64,000 bases of DNA from a virus (lineage: Duplodnaviria; Caudoviricetes), in the IMG/VR virus record IMGVR_UViG_3300017909_004705, one strand, 5' to 3'. Of this stretch, positions 36,914-47,132 are shown piece after piece. Positions within the stretch are counted from its first letter, which is position 1, and each line of letters starts with the position of its first letter. Under the pieces are notes generated by a model. The model made no database searches and was not told the DNA's origin. It saw only the letters and a program-made list of their open reading frames with translations. Made by a program: the position numbers and the translations under genes.

Positions 36914-37762
36914 GTCTAAATTTTTTGCCACTTCAATGGCATTGTCTACATCTGATAGGGGTTTTCTTTTTTCCCTTACACAATCAACAAATTCAATAAG
37001 TTCGTTGCGGAGAGGATTTGATTCTATGTCAAATTGTTCGATAGTTGGCTCATAATTCATTCTATCTTCGTTCCAAATGTTGGTAGTAAGTTTGATAGTT
37101 TTCTTTTCTTCGTCCCAGAATATCATTCCTTTAGTTCCAACTATTGCTGTTGTTCTAACTTTTTCTGGATAGTACCAACTAAGATTGAATTTTATTGGAG
37201 TGCCATTACAAGTGAAAGAGAACTCGTCCCTATCATTTTGGACCTTACCACTGTATTTGTGTCCGCTGTGTTTGATGTTTTGGAACTCATAAGTGCCCAA
37301 CCAATAGTGTATTATGCTGACATCATGTGGTGCTAGGCTGTGTACTGTGCTTATCTTTGTTTGGAACCTACCCCAGTTGAGCCTGTTCATTTCTATGTGT
37401 TGCACTTCTCCTATTTGTGGTAGTAGTTCTTTAATTTTATGTACCCTATCATTGTAAAGGAAGATGTGTCCTACCATCAATGTCTGTTCACGCAGAAAAC
37501 TTTTTATTATGCAACACTCTGTACAGGTCAAAGAAAGTGGTTTCTCGACATAAACGTTTTTGCCTTGTTGCAGTAGTCTAATGGTCTGTGTGTGGTGATC
37601 CCAAGCAGGCGTGGCCAGTATCACGTTGTCATACTTAATGTCCTTTAAATCCTTGCCATCTTTGATATCAATTATTTCTATCTCTTCTACTCCCGGTATT
37701 GTTTCCAATTCCGCTTTCAACTTTGATCCCCAATATCCTGCACCTACTAAACTAATTTGCAT
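36893..37762 (-). CDS. Gfo/Idh/MocA oxidoreductase (sugar-nucleotide dehydrogenase)
   Basis: VGAGYWG, ATPAWDH, VEKP, MVGH and LAPHD motifs. Confidence 0.88.
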   Translation of the reverse strand: MQISLVGAGYWGSKLKAELETIPGVEEIEIIDIKDGKDLKDIKYDNVILATPAWDHHTQTIRLLQQGKNVYVEKPLSLTCTECCIIKSFLREQTLMVGHIFLYNDRVHKIKELLPQIGEVQHIEMNRLNWGRFQTKISTVHSLAPHDVSIIHYWLGTYEFQNIKHSGHKYSGKVQNDRDEFSFTCNGTPIKFNLSWYYPEKVRTTAIVGTKGMIFWDEEKKTIKLTTNIWNEDRMNYEPTIEQFDIESNPLRNELIEFVDCVREKRKPLSDVDNAIEVAKNLDLLSKSL

Positions 37763-38846
37763 AAAAGTCCTTTATTGCTTTTATAATGTAATCCTGGTGA
37801 TGCTCGGGTAATGTATGATAGCAAGGCAAACTTAATATGTTATTGCAAATATATTCTGTTCTAGGCAAAACAGTGCCATTATCAAAAGCATTTGTTTTGT
37901 GCGTTGGAAATTTGTAGTGTATGTTAGTCTGTATTCCTTTTTGTTTTAAAAAAGATTGCAATTTATCACGTGTACCCTCAGGCGTTTCAATGACATAAAC
38001 ATAATATGAATGTTTTGACCAAGGTGCTTCCTTTGGACATTTCACAATATCATTAAGTTCTTTGGTATATTTCCTACACACAGACCTTTTCTTGTCCAAC
38101 CAACTATCTATCTTAGAAAGTTTGGCTGTAACAATCACTGCCTGTAAGTTGTCAATCCTTGCGTTGTAACCTACCTTGTCGTACTCGAACTTTGTTTTCC
38201 TTCCATGATCCCTATACATTTTAACTTTATCGATCAATTCTTTGCTACCTGTGACTGCACCTGCATCTCCCATGGCGCCTAAATTTTTTACAGGATTGAA
38301 ACTGAAACAAGTCAAGTCCACGAGACTGCCGACCTTCTTTCCTTTGTATTCGGAACCAAAACTCTGAGCGGCATCTTCTATTACTTTCAAATTAAATTTT
38401 TTTGCGAACTCATTTATCTTATCAATATCAGGCGTTTGACCATAAAGATCAACAAACATGATGGCCTTTAATGTGTCGGTAAGTTGTAGTTTATTAACGT
38501 CAAGATGATAGAAATCATCTATGTCAACAAAGACAGGTGACGCACCAACATTTACAATCGATTCTGTTGTTGAAACAAAAGTGTGACCCACCGTCATTAC
38601 CTGATGTCCAGGTCCGATGTCTAGAGCCCTCAAGGCACAAGTCAGTGCATTGGTGCCTGATCCGATACTAGCACAATCCTCAGCGCCTGTGTAATCACAG
38701 ATTGCTCTTTCAAAATTGTCCACAGTTGGCCCTGTTATAAAATCTGACCTAAGGATTATATCCTTGATCGCCATGTCTATCTCTGTTTGCAGTTCCTCGT
38801 ATTGAGGATAAAGATCAACAAACGGTATTTTGATATCGTTGCTCAT
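37752..38846 (-). CDS. DegT/DnrJ/EryC1/StrS aminotransferase
   Basis: IPFVDL, SGTNAL, IEDAAQ, FSFNPVKNLGAMGDAG and GYNARID motifs. Confidence 0.93.
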   Translation of the reverse strand: MSNDIKIPFVDLYPQYEELQTEIDMAIKDIILRSDFITGPTVDNFERAICDYTGAEDCASIGSGTNALTCALRALDIGPGHQVMTVGHTFVSTTESIVNVGASPVFVDIDDFYHLDVNKLQLTDTLKAIMFVDLYGQTPDIDKINEFAKKFNLKVIEDAAQSFGSEYKGKKVGSLVDLTCFSFNPVKNLGAMGDAGAVTGSKELIDKVKMYRDHGRKTKFEYDKVGYNARIDNLQAVIVTAKLSKIDSWLDKKRSVCRKYTKELNDIVKCPKEAPWSKHSYYVYVIETPEGTRDKLQSFLKQKGIQTNIHYKFPTHKTNAFDNGTVLPRTEYICNNILSLPCYHTLPEHHQDYIIKAIKDFYAN

Positions 38847-40131
38847 AATTCTGTTTTAGCCATTCGAAGTTGTATGAATTCATAAGTTGTTGATAATTGT
38901 CTTTGTTTTCATCATAGAACTTTTTTGCATCTGTGGCACCTTTATGTACCCAATCTGCATTGTTTCCTGAACCCATCGTGAGCCATTTCTTTAACCTATA
39001 TTTTCCTTCTACTGTTGGTTTTGCCTGTAATAATTTTATGACTTCTCTAAATGCTGTTCTCCATGCCAACCACGGTGTTTGATTAAAATGATTGATGGCA
39101 CTGAGTATTGGGACCACTTCGTGAGGTGCTGATAGGGTAAAGTCTAGACCAGGGTTTGTAGTTTTCATTACAAGGCCTTTGTTGTATAACAACACTGCTC
39201 CATGACCATACTCCAGTCCATTCACAGGATTCTTGCAGTGAAATATGTAGTGGCAAGGATTTTTCAGCCTATCTGGTTGAAAATCAAATTTAAAACTATC
39301 AACTATTTCTAATTTCGGAAACACTGCAAAAAAGTAATCTGTTTCACTCATTGACGCCGCGGCCATGTATGCCAGTGTTTGTCCTATTATGTCTTTTGCC
39401 CATTTGGCCCTAGGAAAACGTTTTTTCAATTCCTTGTATCTTTTTTCTGCACTTGGTTCATCATAAGATATAAAAATTATATCCATAGGCTTAGATTCAT
39501 ATTCTAAGTCATAATGCACTATTCTCTCTATGTCATAGAACTGTTTGATGTGCTCTTTGTGTGGTACCAACATTATGTCGTTTGTTTTACCCCAAGTGTA
39601 AAGTTTAACATCCTCCCAAAAACTTGGAAAAAAGTTTGGTATTGTTTTTGGATCTAGGTCTTTGTTGTGTAACCATGTATAATAATTAGGATCATTTTTC
39701 AAATATTCATAAGGGTCTTTCAGTTTGAAACTTTTTTTTGGTATCCAGTTTTGGAATAGGTTACTGTGTGCATGATAATTTATATCCTTAAAATCTCTTA
39801 AAAATTTTAAATTGTGTATTTGTTTTTTAAGTTCTTTAGTTGGTATTAAAAAAACATTGCCTTCTTTATTTGTCCCACCTAGGGGGTGTGTGTTGTACCA
39901 GACATGTATCTGTTTCTGTTCATGTTGTTCAGGAATATAATCTAAATCAACAGTTTTTAGATTCATAAAATTTGCAAAAAACCAGAAGTACTCTGTTTTG
40001 ACGTCATCTATTATAGACTTCAACACAGTAAGATAACTGTCCACGAATGGTACCACTCTTGTATCTGCAAATGGTGACGCAATGTGCTTTGTGTGTTTAA
40101 ATTTTACCTGTATACTTTCGAATCCAGTCAT
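38815..40131 (-). CDS. Glycosyltransferase-like protein (GT-A paralog lacking DxD)
   Basis: C-terminal half DIIFISYDEP..SETDYFF..NPVNGLEYGHG..AWRTAFRE, paralogous to 52420-53319. Confidence 0.6.
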   Translation of the reverse strand: MTGFESIQVKFKHTKHIASPFADTRVVPFVDSYLTVLKSIIDDVKTEYFWFFANFMNLKTVDLDYIPEQHEQKQIHVWYNTHPLGGTNKEGNVFLIPTKELKKQIHNLKFLRDFKDINYHAHSNLFQNWIPKKSFKLKDPYEYLKNDPNYYTWLHNKDLDPKTIPNFFPSFWEDVKLYTWGKTNDIMLVPHKEHIKQFYDIERIVHYDLEYESKPMDIIFISYDEPSAEKRYKELKKRFPRAKWAKDIIGQTLAYMAAASMSETDYFFAVFPKLEIVDSFKFDFQPDRLKNPCHYIFHCKNPVNGLEYGHGAVLLYNKGLVMKTTNPGLDFTLSAPHEVVPILSAINHFNQTPWLAWRTAFREVIKLLQAKPTVEGKYRLKKWLTMGSGNNADWVHKGATDAKKFYDENKDNYQQLMNSYNFEWLKQNYEQRYQNTVC

Positions 40132-41056
40132 AATAACTTTCTAATCCTTGTCTTAGGGTAAATTGTGGTTGATAATCTAAAAGGTCTTTAGCCCTGCTTA
40201 TATCTAAAGTGCCTCGCATGGGATATAGTTTATGCATTCCTATATCTTTGATTTCAGATTGACTGCCTGTTATATCAATAATTGTTTCTGCAAGTGTCCT
40301 TAGGCTAGTGGCATTGCCTGCCGTTATGTTGAAACTAGTGTTGGCAACTTCAGAATTTGCCGCTTTAATTATACCATAGGCGGCATCCTGCCTGTACGTA
40401 AAGTCAACTCTGTTTTCACCATTGTGCAAGTGAATTTCTTCATTTTTCATTGCTTTGTCAAAAAACTTTGACACAACTCTGTCTGGAAGGTCTCCAGGAC
40501 CAAATACTCCACTGGGCCTTACAATGACATAGTTGAGTCCATCTCTCTTGGCAAATAACTTTGTGAGCCTTTCACCTGTCAATTTGGCCTCGCCGTAGAT
40601 GTTCTGTGGTTTAGTACTTGCTTCTTCTCTTGTTCCGTCAACAAAATCACCGTACACCATGCTACTACTGATGTACACAAATTTTTTCGTATTCCATTTA
40701 GCGGCATGCCATAACAAGTTTGTTGTTGTGTCAATTACTTTTGGAATGCCATTTATAGGATCTTCGTCTACTATTTTTGCTCTTGGATATGTCGCCATAT
40801 GTATCACTGTGTCTGGATTGGTTTTGAAGGCTCTAAGGCAAACCAGTCTGTCTAACACATCACCATGGATTATCTGTACATTTTCCTTCTTCCAATTTCT
40901 AGTTCTCCATTCAATCAGTTTATCAAGTGCTGACGGAGTAATAATATCGTAAGTGTCTTTGTTATCCACACATACAACTCTGTGTCCGTCGTTGGACAGT
41001 TTCTCTATTATCTTTGTGCCTATAAATCCTAATCCACCTGTAATCAAATATTTCAT
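40097..41056 (-). CDS. NAD-dependent epimerase/dehydratase
   Basis: TGGLGFIG, ISSSMVYG and YGEAK motifs. Confidence 0.9.
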   Translation of the reverse strand: MKYLITGGLGFIGTKIIEKLSNDGHRVVCVDNKDTYDIITPSALDKLIEWRTRNWKKENVQIIHGDVLDRLVCLRAFKTNPDTVIHMATYPRAKIVDEDPINGIPKVIDTTTNLLWHAAKWNTKKFVYISSSMVYGDFVDGTREEASTKPQNIYGEAKLTGERLTKLFAKRDGLNYVIVRPSGVFGPGDLPDRVVSKFFDKAMKNEEIHLHNGENRVDFTYRQDAAYGIIKAANSEVANTSFNITAGNATSLRTLAETIIDITGSQSEIKDIGMHKLYPMRGTLDISRAKDLLDYQPQFTLRQGLESYYDWIRKYTGKI

Positions 41057-42519
41057 TATAGTACTTTCACTCCGTATTTCGCCGTCCAGTCTTTACCATC
41101 TTTGGTGTCATTTACCATAGGCATACCCTTAATGTTCAAACTGGTGTTTAATAATATTGGGCAACCTGTCTCTTTCTTCCATGCTTTTAGCAGTTCATAA
41201 AACCCTTCATTGTCGCTTTTTGACACGGTTTGCACCCTAGATGTGCCATCATAGTGCAATATGGCAGGACAGTCTTTACCATGCGTGTACGCCGCTGTAT
41301 ATTGCATATAAGGGGTGTTTTTAACGCCGGTAGGGAGGTCAAAATAGTCGTTTACGTCCTCTTCTAATATGGCCGGAGCGAACGGTCTAAACTTCTGTCT
41401 TTTCTTGATTGCGTTTACCAAATCCTTGATGTCCTCACCCCTAGGGTCTGCCAATAACGATCTATTACCAAGTGCCCGCGGGCCAAACTCTGCTCTACCA
41501 TTTGCAACTCCCACCATCTTGTTTTCTTTCAATTCTTTTATTATCGAGTCCACAGGATACTCACCTTCTATATTATGACCCAGGAATGGACTCTTCCAAT
41601 TAATAAATGATTTTTGGTGTGCGGCTATGCAACCTAGACTTGATCCTGCATCACCTGGGTTTGGAATTATCCAGATGTTGTCAAATAGTCCTAGGTTTGC
41701 AAGTACCTTGTTGGCCGCACAGTTAAGTGCTACTCCGCCGGCATACACCAAATTACGTGATCCATACCTACTTGCCCTGTGCCATAGATCTGCAAGGCAC
41801 TCTTCCGTCACTGCCTGTATACTGGCCGCAAGGTCCATTGGATCTGCTTCCGGATGCCACTCGCTTAACCCCCTGTGTAGATTTTGCTTCAACTTAAATG
41901 GAGACTGATACACAAAGTCATTGTATATGTCTTCTTTGTATTTTGGCTCACCGTATGCGGCCATGCCCATTAAAATGTATTCTTCTTCCGCAGGCTTCAG
42001 TCCACAACGATGTGTAAATGCACTGTAAAGTATTCCTATGCTGTGCGGATACTTGATTGTTTCCTTCCTTTCAATCCATATTTTTTCCGCAGTGGATATT
42101 GACACTGTATCCCATTCACCAATTGCGTCGACTGTTAGTATTGTTGCCTCTCTGAAAGGCGATGTAAAATATCCTGCCGCGGCGTGAGAGTCATGATGTT
42201 TCACGTACTCGTCGATCTTGATGTTGAAATTGTCTAGATGCCATTGTGGCAATTCTGTATGACTTAATGCATCTGACCATTGTCCTGCGTAAAGTTGCCG
42301 TGTTTTTTTCAGCCAAGGCTTTTCATAATAAACAACTTTGTCGAAAGGACCATATGTCATTGCCTCATTTACTATTTGCCAATTAAGATAGTGATCGTTT
42401 TTGACCTTTGAATAGCGTTCTGCGTGTGCGGCCCATAAAACCTCACCTATGCCAGAACTGTAATCTACCACTGACATGGCGGCATCATGATTCATACAAT
42501 TAATTCCTAGTATCTTCAT
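41056..42519 (-). CDS. Carbamoyltransferase (NodU/CmcH/TobZ family)
   Basis: HDAA, HH.SHAA, DAIGE, GGVALNC, EFGPRALGNRS, RPFAP and LLNTSLN motifs. Confidence 0.93.
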   Translation of the reverse strand: MKILGINCMNHDAAMSVVDYSSGIGEVLWAAHAERYSKVKNDHYLNWQIVNEAMTYGPFDKVVYYEKPWLKKTRQLYAGQWSDALSHTELPQWHLDNFNIKIDEYVKHHDSHAAAGYFTSPFREATILTVDAIGEWDTVSISTAEKIWIERKETIKYPHSIGILYSAFTHRCGLKPAEEEYILMGMAAYGEPKYKEDIYNDFVYQSPFKLKQNLHRGLSEWHPEADPMDLAASIQAVTEECLADLWHRASRYGSRNLVYAGGVALNCAANKVLANLGLFDNIWIIPNPGDAGSSLGCIAAHQKSFINWKSPFLGHNIEGEYPVDSIIKELKENKMVGVANGRAEFGPRALGNRSLLADPRGEDIKDLVNAIKKRQKFRPFAPAILEEDVNDYFDLPTGVKNTPYMQYTAAYTHGKDCPAILHYDGTSRVQTVSKSDNEGFYELLKAWKKETGCPILLNTSLNIKGMPMVNDTKDGKDWTAKYGVKVL

Positions 42520-42664
42520 CTTCCTCCTTGTGCCAACCCCTGTCCTCGATATTGTTGCCTTTGCATTTAGGACATGCCCAACCCTCTTCCGAGTCGTCCT
42601 GTATTAGATCCTGTGGTGCCCCACGCCACTGACAGCCATAGCAATACCAGTTCCACCAGGCCAT
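42500..42664 (-). CDS. Small Zn-ribbon protein
   Basis: CYGC...CPKC; start reassigned. Confidence 0.55.
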   Translation of the reverse strand: MAWWNWYCYGCQWRGAPQDLIQDDSEEGWACPKCKGNNIEDRGWHKEEDEDTRN

Positions 42665-42665
42665 C

Positions 42666-43607
42666 CTATTTTGTCTCTTGTCCTGCAAGATATTTCTCTG
42701 CTTCCAGGGCCGCCATGCAACCCATTCCGGCGGCTGTCACCGCCTGCCTATAAGTTTTATCTTTTACGTCACCAGCGGCATAAACTCCTTCTACGCTAGT
42801 AAGAGTTGAATCAGGTTTTGTAATTATGTAATTCTCATTGTCCATCTCTACTTGGCCTTTGAATATGCCTGTGGCTGGATCATGCCCTATTGCAATGAAT
42901 ACTCCATCTATTTTCTTTTCAGTGATAGATCCATCCACTGTGCTTTTAAGTTTCACACCAGTAACGTTATTTGGATTCTCATCTCCCACTATTTCTTCAA
43001 TCTGGCTGTTCCAAATACATTCGATCTTTTTGTGTGCAAATAACCTGTCCTGCAAAATTTTTTCTGCCCTTAATTTGTCTCTCCTATGCACAAGATAGAC
43101 TTTACTTGCCATTCCTGTGAGGTAAAGTGCTTCTTCAACTGCACTGTTTCCACCGCCAACCACTATGACCTCCTTGTCCTTAAAAAAGAATCCATCACAT
43201 GTTGCACAGGCAGAAACTCCGAATCCTGAAAATTTCTTTTCACTTTCTATTCCCAACCATCTTGCTTGGGCGCCTGTTGATATGATCACACTGTCGGCCG
43301 TGTATGTTTCTCCACTTTCCCCTACTGCGGTGAATGGTCTATTACTGAAATCAACTGATTTAATCATGTCTGTAATGATGTCTGTGCCAACACTTTTAGC
43401 CTGTTGCTCCATCTGTTGCATCAACCACGGCCCTTGTATTACATCACCAAATCCAGGATAGTTTTCCACGTCAGTTGTTATTGTCAATTGTCCTCCTGGT
43501 TGCATACCCTGTACCAACGTTGGCTTCAGCATCGCCCTTGCTGTGTATATGGCCGCGGTATAACCAGCGGGACCTGATCCAATAATTAAAACTTTTGAAT
43601 GTTTCAT
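42666..43607 (-). CDS. trxB: Thioredoxin reductase
   Basis: IIGSGPAG, GGQLTITTDVENYPG, CATCDG, GGGNSAVEEA and AAGDV motifs. Confidence 0.96.
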   Translation of the reverse strand: MKHSKVLIIGSGPAGYTAAIYTARAMLKPTLVQGMQPGGQLTITTDVENYPGFGDVIQGPWLMQQMEQQAKSVGTDIITDMIKSVDFSNRPFTAVGESGETYTADSVIISTGAQARWLGIESEKKFSGFGVSACATCDGFFFKDKEVIVVGGGNSAVEEALYLTGMASKVYLVHRRDKLRAEKILQDRLFAHKKIECIWNSQIEEIVGDENPNNVTGVKLKSTVDGSITEKKIDGVFIAIGHDPATGIFKGQVEMDNENYIITKPDSTLTSVEGVYAAGDVKDKTYRQAVTAAGMGCMAALEAEKYLAGQETK

Positions 43608-44281
43608 TTTACTTTCAAGAATCCTTTCGCTTTTACTAAAGCAGTCTCCCAATCTTCCAATGTCATGTCATATTCAAAATTTTGCGAAGTTTCGTTTACC
43701 TGTAATTCTTTAGCACCATTTTTAGTATGGAAATTCCTTGCCATTTTAGTCAACGGTGAAAGTGTAACCAATCGATTTAGATGATTTGATTTTTTGATTC
43801 TCTTGTACACTTCATTTATTATTGCACGTCCTCCGCCTTTTTTCTTTGCCCAAACTGTGTAAGCCACTGCAATCGACCCTTGCACTCCTGCCCTGTTACT
43901 GGACCTGATTGCGGAATCATAACTAAATTTTTCTAGTTCTTCAACGGTCTTTGGTACCTCATCCGTAAAAGCAAAACAAATGATGGCAGAGATGTCACCT
44001 TCGTCATCTCGCAATCCTAGTATTTTTCTACCATATGTTTGTCTGAATACTAAATCTAGTTCAGGACGGACTGGATCTTCTGTGACGTCAATATATGGAA
44101 GTTCTACAAGTGTATACTTTGATTCTTTTATTTTTTGTTTTGTGTATGCTTCTAAACTTTTATAATTTTTATTTGTGTAACTTTGTAACTTTGAAAATTT
44201 TTCCAATAGTCCGGTGACCGAAGGATGCTCTTTCCATCGTTCCAAAACCTCTTTCAGTTTTTCTTTATTAAGTATTTCCAT
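43604..44281 (-). CDS. Hypothetical protein, possibly GNAT-like fold
   Basis: EDPVRPEL, YTVWAKKKGGGR and RLVTLSP...ARNFH.KNGA segments. Confidence 0.5.
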   Translation of the reverse strand: MEILNKEKLKEVLERWKEHPSVTGLLEKFSKLQSYTNKNYKSLEAYTKQKIKESKYTLVELPYIDVTEDPVRPELDLVFRQTYGRKILGLRDDEGDISAIICFAFTDEVPKTVEELEKFSYDSAIRSSNRAGVQGSIAVAYTVWAKKKGGGRAIINEVYKRIKKSNHLNRLVTLSPLTKMARNFHTKNGAKELQVNETSQNFEYDMTLEDWETALVKAKGFLKVK

Positions 44282-44283
44282 TT

Positions 44284-44388
44284 TTATTTGTAAATGAATG
44301 GATCTTTCTTCTTAAGTTCTTTCACTCTTTTTCTATAGGCTATTTCTTGTTTGAATTTAAGCCAAAGATTTTTTATCCATTTAAACAT
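44284..44388 (-). CDS. 34-aa basic peptide (not in ORF track)
   Basis: MFKWIKNLWLKFKQEIAYRKRVKELKKKDPFIYK*; AAGGAGA RBS; paralog at 45045-45161. Confidence 0.65.
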   Translation of the reverse strand: MFKWIKNLWLKFKQEIAYRKRVKELKKKDPFIYK

Positions 44389-45058
44389 GATTTGTCTCCT
44401 TTCTAAAAACATATGTTGTTAATCCGCCGTTCCTCCAGTTCCATAATATTCCTGGATGACTGTCTACGAATTTATAATCCATAAACATCTTTTTTACATC
44501 TCTACTGTAAAAACTTAATTCGTAAGGATGTTGTTCCTGATCTATTTCTAGGGTTTGAGTAGCATAATCATTTGGCAATAACTTTTGCAACCTCTTGCCC
44601 CATGGATGATAAAGACCTATTATGAACATACCACCGTTGTGTAGCATGTTTTGTAACCTTGCTAAAGTCTGCATGTAATCAGGTATGTGATGCAACACGC
44701 CCTGGCATATGATTGTATCGAAACCATCATGTGTTTCAAACCTTGTAAGATCTTCTTTTATGAATTTAAGATTAGGCCTGTTCAGTTCTTCTTTTATTTT
44801 CACTGCATAATTTATACTATCTGCAAAATCTACTCCGGTAAAGTTTTTGGTAGGATAGGTTTGTGCAAGATAGTTCACCATGAAACCTGTGCCACAACCT
44901 GCGTCGAGGACAGTACGGCTATGCATTATACTGTTTGATATGAAAGCAATATAACGATTTTGCCCTGCATAGGTCTTAACAGACTGAGCAGTGTAAGGAC
45001 CTGGAAAAGGATGTTTATTATAAAAACCTTTTACCTGATCGCTTTTATTTGTATTCAT
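44381..45058 (-). CDS. Class I SAM methyltransferase
   Basis: VLDAGCGTG, GVDFA and CQGVLHHIP motifs. Confidence 0.85.
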   Translation of the reverse strand: MNTNKSDQVKGFYNKHPFPGPYTAQSVKTYAGQNRYIAFISNSIMHSRTVLDAGCGTGFMVNYLAQTYPTKNFTGVDFADSINYAVKIKEELNRPNLKFIKEDLTRFETHDGFDTIICQGVLHHIPDYMQTLARLQNMLHNGGMFIIGLYHPWGKRLQKLLPNDYATQTLEIDQEQHPYELSFYSRDVKKMFMDYKFVDSHPGILWNWRNGGLTTYVFRKETNHV

Positions 45059-45161
45059 AAGGATCCTTCATTTTCAATTCTTCTAGTCTTTTTTTCAATT
45101 TTCTTCTGTATGCAATTTTCTGTATCATTTTGTCAAAGAGTTGTTTTATCCATGATATCAT
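45045..45161 (-). CDS. 38-aa basic peptide (not in ORF track)
   Basis: MISWIKQLFDKMIQKIAYRRKLKKRLEELKMKDPYEYK*; CAGGAGA RBS. Confidence 0.65.
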   Translation of the reverse strand: MISWIKQLFDKMIQKIAYRRKLKKRLEELKMKDPYEYK

Positions 45162-45961
45162 AGTTTTTCTCCTGTTATTTTTTTAAACACTGGTAACATT
45201 AATTTTACAGCATCATCGTGTGATTCGTCAAGTGGATGAGTTGTACCCCTTTCGTAGTCATTTAACAATGCCCACTGGTTAAAACCCATCATCCTTTCAC
45301 CAAAACTAAACCATTTAGTAATATCAATTTCATTGTATAAGGCATTCATAAATTTGTCCTGATCTTTGTGATGTTTCATCTCATTGTAAAACAAACTGTT
45401 ATCTGCCAGTGTGAACATAAATGGTATTTTCTTTTTTTCCAAGATATTCTGTAACCAAATTATGCTCTTCCAACTTTGGTAGACTTCGTGGTATTCATTT
45501 GCCGCGTGTCTATAAATTGCCTCGGCAAAAGGTCTGACCCCTGTTTCTGCCAACAGGGATGACCTACGTTTCCAAACTTCTTGTTGCCCCTCTGATCCTA
45601 AAAGTGCTTTATGCCTTTCTTCGTTTGTCATTGTAGTGTCCCAAGGTGATATCGATACCCAACGTGTGTCCTCTAATACTTTGTGCCTTGGCATTGCCCA
45701 ATCATACCTTGATGTGAACGTCCACATAACAACCACCATATCTATATTATTATTCTGTGACACTGAATTAAACACCCTACGTGCTATGCCTGAATTGCCA
45801 GTGCCCGGCACTGCTGAACAAATAAAGTTTCCTGTTGGTTGGCAGTGCTTGAATAGTCCATAGGCCCATGTCTGCTTGGAGTCAGTTTTACCATTGTTGT
45901 CGTCTGATAACTCCGATCCGTATGTAAAACTACAACCCCCTGCTAAAAAATCTCTAATCAT
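45158..45961 (-). CDS. SGNH-like hydrolase/acyltransferase-related protein
   Basis: AGGCSFTYG, GTGNSGIARR, VVMWT..SRYD and THP motifs. Confidence 0.55.
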   Translation of the reverse strand: MIRDFLAGGCSFTYGSELSDDNNGKTDSKQTWAYGLFKHCQPTGNFICSAVPGTGNSGIARRVFNSVSQNNNIDMVVVMWTFTSRYDWAMPRHKVLEDTRWVSISPWDTTMTNEERHKALLGSEGQQEVWKRRSSLLAETGVRPFAEAIYRHAANEYHEVYQSWKSIIWLQNILEKKKIPFMFTLADNSLFYNEMKHHKDQDKFMNALYNEIDITKWFSFGERMMGFNQWALLNDYERGTTHPLDESHDDAVKLMLPVFKKITGEKL

Positions 45962-47132
45962 AAATCTGTAAAACCTTATTTAAAAGTGGAAATACTTCTC
46001 CAAAATTTTCCTTTCTATACTTGTCTGTCCGCAATATTCTAGCCTTACGCTGTTCTCTCATCTCAGGAGAATCCCTGTCCACGGCATTCATGAATCTAAT
46101 GCTAGGCTGATAGTCTGTGAGCATGTGATATCTATCCGTGACTATATCTTTGATTTGTTTTGGTAGGGTCTGAACATTGAAGATATCAGGGTCGAAACAG
46201 GTGTTTACATAAAAAAACTTGGGCTGGTACTGTGCTACCCATAACGCAATCTTGGCCCAATTGAACACATTGAATATTGATACCGTTGAACATATCTGAA
46301 ATTCCATGTTGGGTGTTTGCATCTCCTTAAACTTGACAAGGTTAGCACTAACTTGCCGCCAATTGGCTGGATGTCGCTGATACTCGAATGCTTCGCCTAT
46401 GTCATCTATACTAAATGCTATTTCCACGTGTTTGAAGTATGCCCAAAGATCAAATATTTCCTGTGGTGGCAAATGGGTGCCGTTTGTGTTGTAATGTATG
46501 TCAATATTTTTGGCATATCCTTTTTCAACACAGTGCATTAGAATTTTGAAATGATCCTTTATCATAAAAGGTTCACCGCCTGTAAATTCAAAGTGCTCCA
46601 CATGTTTTAAATCCTCTTGCAGTTCTTCAAAAAACTGTGGATTACGTTTTGGCCATCCGCCGTCTTTCAATTGCTGTCTTGCAACAGGATTATCAGAACC
46701 TATGGCCTTTTCATAGTCTATTTCTTCCTGTGCCCATTTGCTTGAACTCCACGATCCGCAGATCCTACACTTGAGGTTGCAAACGTTACCTAACTTAAAG
46801 TCTATAAACTTTAGCGTTGGCTCGCTGTTAGGTGTCCAATCTTTGAGGCTCTTGTTCATTTTGTATATTGAGTTCTGCCTTTTTGATGTTTTACCGGCAT
46901 CCTCCTCAGCCCAGCAGTTTGCACAACCTAAAGGTCTCTCTCCTTTACGGAACTGTTCTCGTAATTTTTCCATGTATTCTGTTTTCTGTATAGTTCTTAA
47001 GCTCTGTTTGTACACTTTGACCTCTGGTATGCTACCTTTGTAGAGACAGCAAGGAGACGCACCGCCGTTTACATCCACTTCCAAGTGTGTCCATGGTAAC
47101 GGACAGACAGTTGATTTTATATACTTTTCCAC
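45954..47132 (-). CDS. Twitch-domain radical SAM protein
   Basis: CPLPW..PCC..CANC; CNLKCRIC; TGGEP; NTNG. Confidence 0.88.
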   Translation of the reverse strand: MEKYIKSTVCPLPWTHLEVDVNGGASPCCLYKGSIPEVKVYKQSLRTIQKTEYMEKLREQFRKGERPLGCANCWAEEDAGKTSKRQNSIYKMNKSLKDWTPNSEPTLKFIDFKLGNVCNLKCRICGSWSSSKWAQEEIDYEKAIGSDNPVARQQLKDGGWPKRNPQFFEELQEDLKHVEHFEFTGGEPFMIKDHFKILMHCVEKGYAKNIDIHYNTNGTHLPPQEIFDLWAYFKHVEIAFSIDDIGEAFEYQRHPANWRQVSANLVKFKEMQTPNMEFQICSTVSIFNVFNWAKIALWVAQYQPKFFYVNTCFDPDIFNVQTLPKQIKDIVTDRYHMLTDYQPSIRFMNAVDRDSPEMREQRKARILRTDKYRKENFGEVFPLLNKVLQIYD

